Shown: positions 19,540-28,341, counted from the first letter of the stretch. The stretch is DNA of 64,000 nt from an uncultured bacterium (GCA_937879955.1 CALFMK010000001.1:91504-155503); one strand, 5' to 3'. Made by a program: numbers and translations. The notes: generated by a model not told the origin, from the sequence alone.

Positions 19540-20310
19540 ATGACCTGGCTCGACAGCATCATCCTCGGCGTCCTCGAGGGCGTCACGGAATTCCTCCCCG
19601 TCTCCTCTACCGGGCACCTCGTGCTCGCGAGCCAGTTGCTCGGCCTCACGCCTGGCACGTTCCTCTCCTCCTTCCAGATAGCGATCCAGCTCGGCGCCAT
19701 CGCGGCCGTGGTGTTCCTGTACTGGAAGTCCTTCCTCGATTTCCGCTTCCTCACGAAGCTCTTCGTGGCGTTCATCCCGACCGGGCTCGTCGGATTCCTC
19801 GTCTATCCGTACGTGAAGGGCTTCCTGCTCGGGAACTCGATGGTCGTGGTAGCGTCGCTCTTTCTCGGCGGCATCGTGCTCATCCTCTTCGAGCTCTTCT
19901 ACAAGGAGACGTCCGAATCGGCCGAGAGCGCCAGGCAGATAACGTACGGGCAGGCGCTCCTCGTGGGCTGCTTCCAGTCCATCGCCATCATTCCGGGCGT
20001 CTCGCGCTCCGCAGCCACGATCATCGGCGGTCTCCTGGTCGGCATGCGCCGCGTCGCCATCGTCGAGTTCTCGTTCCTGCTTGCCGTGCCGACCATGATG
20101 GCCGCCACCGGCTACGACCTCCTCAAGTCGCATGACACCTTCGCGTTCGATCAGGTGGGTCTCCTCGCGCTCGGGTTCCTCACGGCGTTCGTCGTGGCGC
20201 TCCTGTCCATGCGCTTCCTTCTCGCGCTCGTGCGACGTCATACGTTCATCCCGTTCGGCATCTACCGCATCGTGCTCGCCGTAGCGTTCTTCCTCATCGT
20301 GCTCAGGTAA
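19540..20310 (+). CDS. uppP: Undecaprenyl-diphosphatase UppP/BacA
   Basis: The tracked ORF is 19168..20310. The in-frame ATG at 19540 gives a 256-aa protein that begins MTWLDSIILGVLEGVTEFLPVSSTGHL, the classic BacA N-terminus, with eight TM segments. The upstream extension is antisense to scpB. Confidence 0.9.
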   Translation: MTWLDSIILGVLEGVTEFLPVSSTGHLVLASQLLGLTPGTFLSSFQIAIQLGAIAAVVFLYWKSFLDFRFLTKLFVAFIPTGLVGFLVYPYVKGFLLGNSMVVVASLFLGGIVLILFELFYKETSESAESARQITYGQALLVGCFQSIAIIPGVSRSAATIIGGLLVGMRRVAIVEFSFLLAVPTMMAATGYDLLKSHDTFAFDQVGLLALGFLTAFVVALLSMRFLLALVRRHTFIPFGIYRIVLAVAFFLIVLR

Positions 20311-20317
20311 GGAAAAT

Positions 20318-20352
20318 GCCCCGTCGCGTACGCGACGGGGCACCGTTGTTCG
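20318..20352. terminator. Bidirectional intrinsic terminator
   Basis: A perfect 11-bp palindromic stem, GCCCCGTCGCG-TA-CGCGACGGGGC, with AAAAT on the 5' side and a T-rich run on the 3' side. It serves uppP on the plus strand and the small basic ORF on the minus strand. Confidence 0.55.
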
Positions 20353-20369
20353 CACGAAGGACCGTGCCG

Positions 20370-20474
20370 CTAGCCTGAGGCGCCGGGACCGGGGCTCGCC
20401 CGCTTACCCTGCTTCTTGGGGTAACGTCCCTTGGGCGTCTTCGCGCCATTGGCTTTCTTGGTCTTGTTCGGCAT
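20370..20474 (-). CDS. Candidate small basic protein of 34 aa. It is not in the ORF track.
   Basis: The Shine-Dalgarno sequence GAGGGAG lies 6 nt upstream of the ATG. The peptide reads MPNKTKKANGAKTPKGRYPKKQGKRASPGPGASG. It is followed 29 nt later by the bidirectional terminator, so it looks like a gene. I do not recognise a family. Confidence 0.35.
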   Translation of the reverse strand: MPNKTKKANGAKTPKGRYPKKQGKRASPGPGASG

Positions 20475-20553
20475 CGCCGACTCCCTCGTTTCGGACACCA
20501 TTCGGTCCGGATGAAACCATACTCTATTTCCGGTATTAGTCCAGAGTATCTAT

Positions 20554-20583
20554 TGACTTTATGTATAAATCGTGCTAATTTGG
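20554..20583 (+). promoter_or_regulatory. Sigma70-like promoter of the XRE regulator gene
   Basis: TTGACT, a 17-nt spacer, then TAATTT. The spacing upstream of the RBS (AAGGAG) and the ATG at 20629 is appropriate. The intergenic region is AT-rich. Confidence 0.4.
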
Positions 20584-20628
20584 TACCAGACAGCGATGCA
20601 TCCGCATCAGCAGATAAGGAGCGAGTAC

Positions 20629-21003
20629 ATGGCGCAAGCCAGCGAGGAAAGCGACGTTCGCCATCCGGTGGACGTGCAGGTCGGCACGAACATCCGGAAG
20701 TTCCGGAAGCTCATGGGCAAGAGCCAGCAGGATCTTGCGGACGCGACCGGCCTCACCTTCCAGCAGATCCAGAAGTACGAGGGCGGCGCCAATCGCGTGA
20801 GCGCGAGCAAGCTGCACGAGATCTCGGTCGGGCTGAAGGTGCCGATCCAGCGGTTCTTCGACGGCGTCGAGGACCTCGTGGTCGACGACTCGGTCATCGA
20901 GAACGAGCGCAAGCGCGCGCTCGAGGAGCAGAAGGGCCGGATCGGTTCGGCCGCCGCCAAGCTGCAGAAGATGGTCGACGAGCTGAAGGAGATCGATATC
21001 TGA
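20629..21003 (+). CDS. XRE-family helix-turn-helix transcriptional regulator
   Basis: The tracked ORF starts at 20572. The ATG at 20629 is preceded by AAGGAG. The HTH_3 motif reads SQQDLADATGLTFQQIQKYEGGANRVSASKLHEI. Confidence 0.8.
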   Translation: MAQASEESDVRHPVDVQVGTNIRKFRKLMGKSQQDLADATGLTFQQIQKYEGGANRVSASKLHEISVGLKVPIQRFFDGVEDLVVDDSVIENERKRALEEQKGRIGSAAAKLQKMVDELKEIDI

Positions 21004-21047
21004 CCTGACGGTCACAAGGAGCGGCATCGATGCCGCTCCTTTTCTAT

Positions 21048-21806
21048 CTAGTACCGCGGAACGCCCGCAGAGGTGTTCTCGATGCGGATGTCGCCGAATG
21101 CGTCGTGCTGCGCCGCGTCTACCGCCCCTTGCTTCACGAGCTCGAGGAGCGCGAGGAACGAAACGATCACCTCCACTTTCTCCGTGCTCCCGGCCGAAAA
21201 CTCCCTGAACGAGAGCGTCATGGCGCGCTGCACGCGCACGAGGAGCGTGTCCATCATCTCCTCGATGGTCACGAGCGGACGCACCCTCGCCTCCGGCAGC
21301 TTCTCTTCCGCCTTCTCGAGGTTCTTGAGGGCCGTCTCGAGGGCGGACGTGAGGTTCGGGAGCGTGAGGTCGCGGGCGGGCGCGAACATGACCTCGGGCG
21401 CCTTCTCGCCTGCGGACACCATCACGCTCCGTCCGAAGATGCGGGCGAGCTCCTGACGCGCCTCACGCACCGCCTCGTACTGCTTGAGGCGGCGCTTGAG
21501 GTCGTCGACATCCTCCTCCTCTTCCATCGAGAGCTCGAGCTCGGGAATCAGGGACTTCGACTTTATGAGCAGCAGGGTCGCGGCCACGCCGATGAACTGC
21601 GCGGCCTCCTCCATCGGGAACGCTTCGTGCCCGCGCACGAAGGCGATGTAGTCATCGGTCACCTGCGACAGCGACAGCTCGTTCACGGAGAGCTTCCGCT
21701 TGTCGATGAGGTCGAGGATGAGGTCGTAGGGACCCTCGAACGAGCCCGCGCGGATGGTGAATCCTGAGTACTGTGAGGTCGGCGTCTCGTCCATGGATAC
21801 ATGCAT
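21048..21806 (-). CDS. scpA: Segregation and condensation protein A
   Basis: 252 aa. The N-terminal ScpA motif reads FEGPYDLILDLIDKRKL. The C-terminal winged helix is present. Confidence 0.85.
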   Translation of the reverse strand: MHVSMDETPTSQYSGFTIRAGSFEGPYDLILDLIDKRKLSVNELSLSQVTDDYIAFVRGHEAFPMEEAAQFIGVAATLLLIKSKSLIPELELSMEEEEDVDDLKRRLKQYEAVREARQELARIFGRSVMVSAGEKAPEVMFAPARDLTLPNLTSALETALKNLEKAEEKLPEARVRPLVTIEEMMDTLLVRVQRAMTLSFREFSAGSTEKVEVIVSFLALLELVKQGAVDAAQHDAFGDIRIENTSAGVPRY

Positions 21807-21815
21807 GATACCAGC

Positions 21816-21848
21816 AAAAGGACCGGAGTGACCCGGTCCTTTTGCTTA
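21816..21848. terminator. Intrinsic terminator downstream of aspS
   Basis: AAAAGGACCGG-AGTGAC-CCGGTCCTTTTGCTT, a stem-loop with A and T tracts. It sits between the aspS stop and the scpA start. Confidence 0.55.
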
Positions 21849-21857
21849 TTCGTTTCT

Positions 21858-23207
21858 TTACGCTTCGGTCTGCGCTTCTGAGAGGCGCGTATCGATGCGG
21901 TTGATGTCGCGCGGGAACAGTGTCGCTTCCTTGAGGTTCGGGAGATTGAGGAACTTCGCGGTAAGGCGCTCGAGTCCCATGCCCCATCCCCCGTGCGGCG
22001 GCATGCCGTACTTGAAGGCCTGGAGGTAGTACGAGAACTTCTCCGGATCAAGACCCTTCATCTTTATGCCGTCGACGAGGTTCTGGTAGTCGTGCCTACG
22101 CTGTCCGCCGGTCGTTATCTCGACGCCGCGGAAGAGGAGGTCGAAGCCGTTCGTGTAACCGATATCGTTCGGGTCCTCGAAGGTGTACATCGGGCGCTTC
22201 GACACCGGATAGTGCGTAACGAATATGAAGTCGGAACCGTGCTCCTTCTTTGACCACTCGCACAGCCAGCGCTCGTCTTCGGGCTCGAGGTCAGGCTCCT
22301 GGCGCTTGTCCTTCCCGGTCTCCTTGAAGATGAGCTCCTGCGCCTCGCGGAGCTTCATGCGAGGAATCTCCGTGGGGACGTCAGGGATCTCTGCGTTAAG
22401 GAGCGCGAATTCCGCTGCGCAGGTCTCCGTAAGATGCTGCGCGATATGCGCGAGGAGCTTGGTCTCCACTGCCATGACGTCGGTATGATCCTTAATAAAG
22501 CCCATCTCGACATCCATCGAGGTGTATTCGTTCAGGTGACGCGTGGTGCTGTGCTTCTCCGCGCGGAACACGATGCCGATCGCGAATACGCGCTCGAGCG
22601 CGCCCACCATGATCTGCTTGTAGAGCTGTGGGGACGTCGCGAGGTGCGCGGTCTTCCCGTAGAAGTACGGGACCTCGAATACCTCGCCGCTACCTTCTGC
22701 GTCGTCGCCGATGAGCTTCGGTGCCTGGAACTCGGTGAAGCCCTGGCTATTGAGGTACGCACGGTACGCGCGGACGATCTCTGACTGGACCTTAAAGATG
22801 GCGCGAGCGCGCTTGCTCCGGAGCGTGAACGGAAGATAGTCGAGGTACGTGTCGAGATTGAGCTCCGCATCCGGCTCGAACGGGAGGTCCTGTGCCGCGG
22901 CGAGAACCGTGATGCCCTTGATCTCGAGCTCGATGTCGCCGTTCACCTTGTCCGCCTGCACATTCTTCTCAGGACGCTTGTTCACGATGCCCTCGACCGA
23001 GACCACGAACTCGTTGCGGACCGACTTGGCGGTCTCCATGAGCGCCTCGTCTCCCGGGAGGACGACGCCCTGGACGGTGCCGGTCATGTCGCGGAAATCG
23101 AAGAAGACGAGCTTCCCCTGGTCGCGGCGGACATCCACCCAGCCCTTTATGGTAACGGTCTCTCCTGCCTTTCCGGCGAGGTCTCCAATCATCGTGCGGT
23201 CCTGCAT
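21858..23207 (-). CDS. aspS: Aspartate--tRNA ligase, type 2 and archaeal-like, probably non-discriminating. An AsnRS cannot be fully excluded.
   Basis: 449 aa. It has an N-terminal OB anticodon-binding domain and class II motifs 1-3 (FRAE, GGWGMGLERL). Its length and architecture match archaeal-type AspRS. A separate LysRS is present elsewhere in the window. Confidence 0.75.
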   Translation of the reverse strand: MQDRTMIGDLAGKAGETVTIKGWVDVRRDQGKLVFFDFRDMTGTVQGVVLPGDEALMETAKSVRNEFVVSVEGIVNKRPEKNVQADKVNGDIELEIKGITVLAAAQDLPFEPDAELNLDTYLDYLPFTLRSKRARAIFKVQSEIVRAYRAYLNSQGFTEFQAPKLIGDDAEGSGEVFEVPYFYGKTAHLATSPQLYKQIMVGALERVFAIGIVFRAEKHSTTRHLNEYTSMDVEMGFIKDHTDVMAVETKLLAHIAQHLTETCAAEFALLNAEIPDVPTEIPRMKLREAQELIFKETGKDKRQEPDLEPEDERWLCEWSKKEHGSDFIFVTHYPVSKRPMYTFEDPNDIGYTNGFDLLFRGVEITTGGQRRHDYQNLVDGIKMKGLDPEKFSYYLQAFKYGMPPHGGWGMGLERLTAKFLNLPNLKEATLFPRDINRIDTRLSEAQTEA

Positions 23208-23265
23208 ATAGGCCTAAAATAGCACGCCCGGGCAAGATTGGTATCTTGTCCGGGCTGTAGTTGCT

Positions 23266-23466
23266 TCACTTCCGATATTCGTAAACGACCGTGATGGTGA
23301 CCTGCGCGCCCGCGGCATGGCTCTGGCACATGCCGAGGATCTTCGGGCTTCCGCGCGGACCGCCGTCTTCGGCAGTCTCGAGCGCCCGCTCCATGAGCGC
23401 CAGCGCCATCTTTTCCTGTAGCGATGGCAGGTTCTCGAGTGAGCCTGTAAAGATTTTGACTTCCAC
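23266..23466 (-). CDS. Small hypothetical protein of 66 aa, possibly a dodecin-like beta-alpha-beta-beta fold
   Basis: MEVKIFTGSLENL...AQVTITVVYEYRK. The short size and secondary-structure pattern resemble dodecin. This is a weak call. Confidence 0.35.
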   Translation of the reverse strand: MEVKIFTGSLENLPSLQEKMALALMERALETAEDGGPRGSPKILGMCQSHAAGAQVTITVVYEYRK

Positions 23467-23523
23467 GACGCGTCTCCCTTGCTGTCTGCGCGCATCCTAC
23501 CGGACAGAGCGCTTCGTGCAAGC

Positions 23524-24480
23524 CTACGCGACGCCCACGGCCCTCCGTACTGCCTCGATCTTCACGTTCGCGCGCTCGCGGGCCATCTGTCCGCCCTTCT
23601 CGAGTGCGTCCGTGACCGCGCGCGGGTCGGACGCGAGCGCATGGTACCGCTCGCGCATCGGCGCGATGAAGGCGTCGAGATCCTCCACGAGCGCCTCCTT
23701 GAGGGCCTTGTACTTGCCCTTGTGCTCCTCGTAGAGCGCCTCGAGCTCCCGCTCGCTCTTGATGAGCTTGTGGATCGCGTAGACGTTCTCCGGACGGTCG
23801 CCGGAAGAATCCGTGACGATGCCCATCACGAGGTCCTGGATCTCGGCGCGGGACGAGAAGAGCGGGATGGTGTTCCCGTAGCTCTTGCTCATCTTCTGGC
23901 CGTCGGTGCCTGGCACCACCGCCACCTCAGGGACGATGAACTCCTCCGGGAGCATGAAGGTCTCGCCGTAGATGCGGTTGAACTTCTCCGCGGTGTCGCG
24001 CGCGTACTCGATGTGCTGCTTCTGGTCGTGTCCCACGGGGACCTTCGCCGCGTCGTAGAGGAGGATGTCCGCGGCCATGAGCATCGGGTAGTTGAACGTG
24101 CCCACGCTTATCTCCTTGCTCTTCGCCTCGGCGTCCTTGAACGCGTGCGCGCGCATGAGGTACGGCATGGTCGTGATGGTGTCGAAGATCCAGGCGAGCT
24201 CGGTGTGCGCCGGGACGTCGGACTGCTTGAAGAGCACCACCTTCTCCGGATTGATCCCTGCCGCCATGTAGGTGAGAACGAGCTCGCGGGTCAGCTCGCG
24301 CATGTCGCCCGCGTTCTGGACCGAGTTCAGGGCATGGTAGTCCGCGATCATGAAGTAGCACTGGTGGCTGCCTACGGTCTGGAATTCCACCCACTGCTTG
24401 ATGGCGCCGAAGTAGTTCCCGATATGCGCGATGCCCGTAGGCTTGATCCCCGAGAGGAGTATTGGCTTGTCCGTTTCCAT
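23524..24480 (-). CDS. trpS: Tryptophan--tRNA ligase
   Basis: The tracked ORF extends to 24651, but the N-terminal 57 aa are an Arg/His-rich artefact. From the internal Met the protein reads METDKPILLSGIKPTGIAHIGNYFGAI, which is the HIGH motif region, and KMSKS is present. Confidence 0.9.
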   Translation of the reverse strand: METDKPILLSGIKPTGIAHIGNYFGAIKQWVEFQTVGSHQCYFMIADYHALNSVQNAGDMRELTRELVLTYMAAGINPEKVVLFKQSDVPAHTELAWIFDTITTMPYLMRAHAFKDAEAKSKEISVGTFNYPMLMAADILLYDAAKVPVGHDQKQHIEYARDTAEKFNRIYGETFMLPEEFIVPEVAVVPGTDGQKMSKSYGNTIPLFSSRAEIQDLVMGIVTDSSGDRPENVYAIHKLIKSERELEALYEEHKGKYKALKEALVEDLDAFIAPMRERYHALASDPRAVTDALEKGGQMARERANVKIEAVRRAVGVA

Positions 24481-24545
24481 GGGGACCACGATACCACGCC
24501 CGGGGTAAAGGAAAACCGCGGACCCGAGGGTCCGCGGCAGGCGCG

Positions 24546-24812
24546 TCACGCGAAGACGATGTCGATGATCGTGCCGATCGCGATGTTCTCTTCCGGAGCA
24601 GGAAGCTCGATCTCCATCCCTAAGGACTTCCCGATCAGGCGAGAGCCCCACTCGGAACCCTTGCTGAGCTTCCCTTCGCTTGGAAGGTGCGTCTCGTCGG
24701 TGATCTCGTAGCTCTCTTGCCGGGTCGCGCCGTCACAGCCCTCAAAATGGAGCGTGACGGTGGCGCCGACGTCAGCGATAGTGCGCTCCAGGGGAGCGAT
24801 GGCTCGGGACAT
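24546..24812 (-). CDS. GreA/GreB C-terminal-domain-only protein, Rnk-like
   Basis: 88 aa reading ...VGATVTLHFEG...YEITD...GKLSKGSEWGSRLIGKSLGMEIEL.... This aligns with the FKBP-like C-domain of GreA. No N-terminal coiled-coil is present. Confidence 0.6.
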   Translation of the reverse strand: MSRAIAPLERTIADVGATVTLHFEGCDGATRQESYEITDETHLPSEGKLSKGSEWGSRLIGKSLGMEIELPAPEENIAIGTIIDIVFA

Positions 24813-24889
24813 GACTCCCTCCTTGAAAGGCCGTCCGGAACGATTCCGGTCTGTTCACTAGAACCGATGGTACGGGCGCGAGGTTTCCT

Positions 24890-26869
24890 CTAGAGGCCCT
24901 GGGCCCTGAGCGCGGCCAGCTGCGCCTGGAGCTTCTGAAGAAGCGTCAGGAGGACCTGGAGGAGCTGTGCACGCGCCTCAGGCGTCATGCTCGCGTACGG
25001 GGACGTCGCCGTGAAGAGCTCGCGGGATGGGTTGGCCACGGTATCGGTCCCGGTGCTGCGGGACTTGCCGCCTCCGCCTCCCCCGCCGCCGTGCCTGCGC
25101 GACGAGCTCTGCGTAGGCGCCGCGGACACGGTCACGGTGCGGACGACCTGTACGGCATGGTTGCCGGCCACATCCGTCGCGTCGTACGTGATGGTGTAGG
25201 TGCCAGGGGTGGAGGTATCTACCGTGCCTACGCCCGCGACCGCGAAGGTCCCGTCGATGTTGTCGGTCGCGGTAGCGCCTTGGTCCGTGTAGGAATCACC
25301 AACCGTGAGCGAGATGGATGCGCTCCCGATGAGCGTGATGACCGGGGCGGTGACGTCGGACGCGAGGTACTGGAGCGCGCCGAGCGCGTTCAGGCGCTTG
25401 CCGCTCACGGTCACGCCGGCGAGCGAAGAGATCGCATCGCCGCCATCGAGGAGCGCGTTCTTCATGGCATGCACGGACGAGGTTGCCGTGGATGTCGCGT
25501 AGTAGAGGGAGCGCAGGAGCGCGGCGACGCCTGCCACGTGCGGCGCCGCCATCGAGGTGCCGCTCAGGGTGCCGTAGTCGGCGGTGACGCCGTCGGTCGC
25601 GATCGTGCTCAGGATGCGGCGGCCCGGAGCGCCGAGGTCCACCGTGACGTCGCCGAAGTTTGAGAACGTGGCGAGTTCGTCGACCTGGCCGGTCGCCGCG
25701 ACGGAGACGATGTTCGCGAGATCGTAGCTCGCCGGGAACTCGGGCGCCGTATCGTTATCGTCGCCGATTTGGTCGGTACCGCCGTTACCCGCCGCCGCGA
25801 TGAAGATGCCGCCCGCGTCCCTGAAGCGCGCGATCGCATCGTACTCAGCCTGGGAGAACTGGGAGCCGCCGTAGCTCGCGTTGATGATCTTCGCGCCGTT
25901 CTGGATGGCGAAGTCGATCGCCTTCACCTCGCTCGCGACGTCGAGCCCGAAGCGGAGCGCCATGATCTTCGCCTTCGGCGCGACGCCGATGGTGCCGGTC
26001 GCGTTGTTCATCTCGGCGGCGATGATGCCGGCGACATGCGTGCCGTGATAGGTGTCGGTCGTGCTCGTGGCCTCTGGCAGAGGCGAGAGGTCGTTGTCCG
26101 CGAAGTCGTAGCCGTGGAGGCACGAGCCGAGCGCTGCGCCCGTCTCGGATACGCAGCCGGTACCGTCCCACATCTGGTTTTCGAGGTCCGGGTGCGTGTA
26201 CAGGACGCCGTTGTCGATGACGGCGACGGTGGTCGAGGTACCGAGCGAGAGCTGCCATGCCGGGATCGCGTCGATGTCGGCGCCCGGGGTACCCGCTCCG
26301 CCGCCGAGGTTCTGGCCGGTATTCTCGAGCGCCCACTGGCTCGCGCGGAGCGTGTCGTTGGTCGCGATCGCACCGAAGGTGCGCGCGTAGTTCGGCTCGG
26401 CGTATTCGACCGACGGGTCGCTCTCGAGCTGCTCGATGACCTCTTGTACATCCTGATTCCCCGCGATGCTCACCACGACGGTGTTGGCGCCCGTAAGCCG
26501 CTCCTCGAGCACGACATCAGCCTCTGCTATAGCTTCGGTCGCGATGCGGCGTCCGCTCGAGAGGTCGAGGTCGGCCTTCTTCTCCTTGAACTTCACGATG
26601 AGCTCCTCGGAAGGCTCCTCCGAGACGATGGTCGCCTCCTCGGTCGAGGTCGAGACGGCTTCTTCTACTACCTGGATACTCGAGGTAGCGATCTCAAGCG
26701 AGGTTTCCTCGGTGGTCGTGGCAAGGACCTCTGGGTTCGTGAGCTCCGTGGTTATCGAGATTTCCTCGGTCTCAACAGGTACAGTTTCGGTGGTCTCCTG
26801 CGCGAGTACGGGGGCATACATGCCTAAAACGAGCACGCCCATAAGGGTTGCGGAAAGTAGCCTTTTCAT
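24890..26869 (-). CDS. Secreted subtilisin-like serine protease (S8) with a C-terminal Ig-like domain and a Gly-rich tail
   Basis: The internal start (MKRLLSATLMGVLVLGMYAPVLA) is a signal peptide. An E/T-rich linker follows. The catalytic Asp, His and Ser motifs are VAVIDNG, HGTHVAG and GTSMAAPHVAG. A DUF5011-like Ig domain and the sequence RRHGGGGGGGGKSR follow. The tracked 706-aa ORF would overrun the tRNA. Confidence 0.85.
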   Translation of the reverse strand: MKRLLSATLMGVLVLGMYAPVLAQETTETVPVETEEISITTELTNPEVLATTTEETSLEIATSSIQVVEEAVSTSTEEATIVSEEPSEELIVKFKEKKADLDLSSGRRIATEAIAEADVVLEERLTGANTVVVSIAGNQDVQEVIEQLESDPSVEYAEPNYARTFGAIATNDTLRASQWALENTGQNLGGGAGTPGADIDAIPAWQLSLGTSTTVAVIDNGVLYTHPDLENQMWDGTGCVSETGAALGSCLHGYDFADNDLSPLPEATSTTDTYHGTHVAGIIAAEMNNATGTIGVAPKAKIMALRFGLDVASEVKAIDFAIQNGAKIINASYGGSQFSQAEYDAIARFRDAGGIFIAAAGNGGTDQIGDDNDTAPEFPASYDLANIVSVAATGQVDELATFSNFGDVTVDLGAPGRRILSTIATDGVTADYGTLSGTSMAAPHVAGVAALLRSLYYATSTATSSVHAMKNALLDGGDAISSLAGVTVSGKRLNALGALQYLASDVTAPVITLIGSASISLTVGDSYTDQGATATDNIDGTFAVAGVGTVDTSTPGTYTITYDATDVAGNHAVQVVRTVTVSAAPTQSSSRRHGGGGGGGGKSRSTGTDTVANPSRELFTATSPYASMTPEARAQLLQVLLTLLQKLQAQLAALRAQGL

Positions 26870-26933
26870 GCGGAAACTATACACCCTGGAGATAGTGAAA
26901 AGATAAAGCCCCCTTTCGGGGGCGTTCTCTTTG

Positions 26934-27016
26934 TGCGCCGGGTTGGATTCGAACCAACGAAGGCCGAAGCCGACAGGTTTACAGCCTGTTGTAATTGACC
27001 ACTCTACCACCGACGC
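26934..27016 (-). tRNA. tRNA-Tyr, anticodon GUA, class II with a long variable arm. CCA is not encoded.
   Basis: I folded this by hand. The 7-bp acceptor stem is GCGTCGG/CCGGCGC with one G-U pair. The anticodon loop is CTGTAAA. The T-arm reads GGTTCGAATCC. The length of 83 nt includes the extra arm. It lies 30 nt downstream of tyrS. Confidence 0.8.
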
Positions 27017-27045
27017 AATACGGCGAGTATACGATATCTGGGTCC

Positions 27046-28293
27046 TTATTTCAAAACCAGGACTAGGACATCCCGCTTCCCCTTCCTGAGGAGCCCCAGA
27101 CCCTCCTTGAAATCACTTTCATTGAGCTTCTGGTCTACGGATACCTTCTCGCCGTTCAGGCTGATGCCGTTCCCTTCGATGAGGCGGCGGGCGTCGCTCT
27201 TGGATGAGGCGAGGCTCGACGTGGCGAGGACGTCTACCACGGGAAGCCCCTTCGCGAGGTCCTTCCTGAGGACCGGAAGCGACGGCGCCTCCTTGAGTAC
27301 GACGGCGCGTGCTTCTTTGCCAAGCTCTGAGAGGCTCGTATCGCCGAAGAGCGCGCCGGACGCGGCCGCCGCTGCCTCAGCGAGCGCCTTCCCGTGCACG
27401 AGCTCCGTCATGGCGAGGGCGAGGGTCTTCTGCGCACTACGCGCGCCGGGGTTCTTCGCGTGTTCCCTGATGATGCGCTCGATCTCGTCGAGCGGGATGA
27501 AGCTGTAGATCTTGAAGTATGTCTCGAGTCCCTCGTCCGGGAGTTGGAGCCAGAACTGGTAGAAGGCGTACGGGGACGTCTTCTCCGCGTCGAGCCAGAC
27601 GGCGTTCCCTTCGGACTTGCCGAACTTCTTCCCGTTCGTGTCCGTGACGATAGGGCCCGTGAAGGCGAAGGATTCCTTCTGAAGCTTGCGGCGGATGAGC
27701 TCGACGCCCGAGAGGATGTTCGTCCATTGGTCCGAGCCCCCTACCTGCAAGTCGGCGCCCTTCTTCTGGTTGAGCATCAGGTAGTCGTAGCCCTGGAGGA
27801 GCGAGTACGCGAACTCGGTGTACGAGATGCTGTCGTCCGGGTCCTCGAGGCGGCGCTTGATGAGGTCGCGCTTCACGAGCTCGTTTATGGTGAAGTGCTT
27901 GCCGATGTCCCGAAGGAACTCGATGAGGCCGACCTTGAGGAGCCAGTCCGCGTTGTCTACCATCTCCACCTTCACGCCGATGATGCGCTGCATCTGTGCC
28001 TTGAGCGCCTTCTTGTTGGCTTCCACGAGCTTCGTGTCAATGAGAGGACGCTCGCCCTTCTCCTTCGGGTCGCCGATCATGCCGGTCCCGCCGCCCACCA
28101 GCAGGATGATGCGATGTCCGTCCTCGGAAAGCCGCTTCATGATGAGGAGCGGCACGAGGTGCCCCACATGGAGCGAGTTCGCGGACGGGTCCGCCCCGAA
28201 GTACACGGTGCGCTTCTTCTCGAGGATCTTCTCTATGGGTGCCGAGACGTGCTCGACGAGCCCGCGTGCCTTGAGTTCTTCAGCCAGGTTCAT
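27046..28293 (-). CDS. tyrS: Tyrosine--tRNA ligase with a C-terminal S4 domain
   Basis: The internal start is MNLAEELKARGLV. The HIGH motif reads GADPSANSLHVGH and KMSKS reads KFGKS. The C-terminal S4-like domain is present. The tracked ORF has a 40-aa artefactual extension. Confidence 0.9.
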   Translation of the reverse strand: MNLAEELKARGLVEHVSAPIEKILEKKRTVYFGADPSANSLHVGHLVPLLIMKRLSEDGHRIILLVGGGTGMIGDPKEKGERPLIDTKLVEANKKALKAQMQRIIGVKVEMVDNADWLLKVGLIEFLRDIGKHFTINELVKRDLIKRRLEDPDDSISYTEFAYSLLQGYDYLMLNQKKGADLQVGGSDQWTNILSGVELIRRKLQKESFAFTGPIVTDTNGKKFGKSEGNAVWLDAEKTSPYAFYQFWLQLPDEGLETYFKIYSFIPLDEIERIIREHAKNPGARSAQKTLALAMTELVHGKALAEAAAAASGALFGDTSLSELGKEARAVVLKEAPSLPVLRKDLAKGLPVVDVLATSSLASSKSDARRLIEGNGISLNGEKVSVDQKLNESDFKEGLGLLRKGKRDVLVLVLK

Positions 28294-28313
28294 GTGTAGG
28301 ACTATACCAGAGC

Positions 28314-28341
28314 TTGACAAATTACTACTTATCGCTATTGT
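28314..28341 (+). promoter_or_regulatory. Sigma70-like promoter driving the GNAT leader transcript
   Basis: TTGACA, a 16-nt spacer, then TATTGT. It lies about 35 nt upstream of the leader ORF's RBS. Confidence 0.4.

Noticed and set aside
24481-24651. The long N-terminal extensions on the tracked ORFs of trpS, dnaJ (40757..41194), tyrS, the S8 protease (26870..27010), mnmA, uppP (19168..19539) and the gene at 61876..63789
   Set aside because: The extensions are His/Arg-rich and low-complexity. They overlap neighbouring genes or the tRNA. In each case homology begins at an internal Met that has better context, so I used the internal starts.
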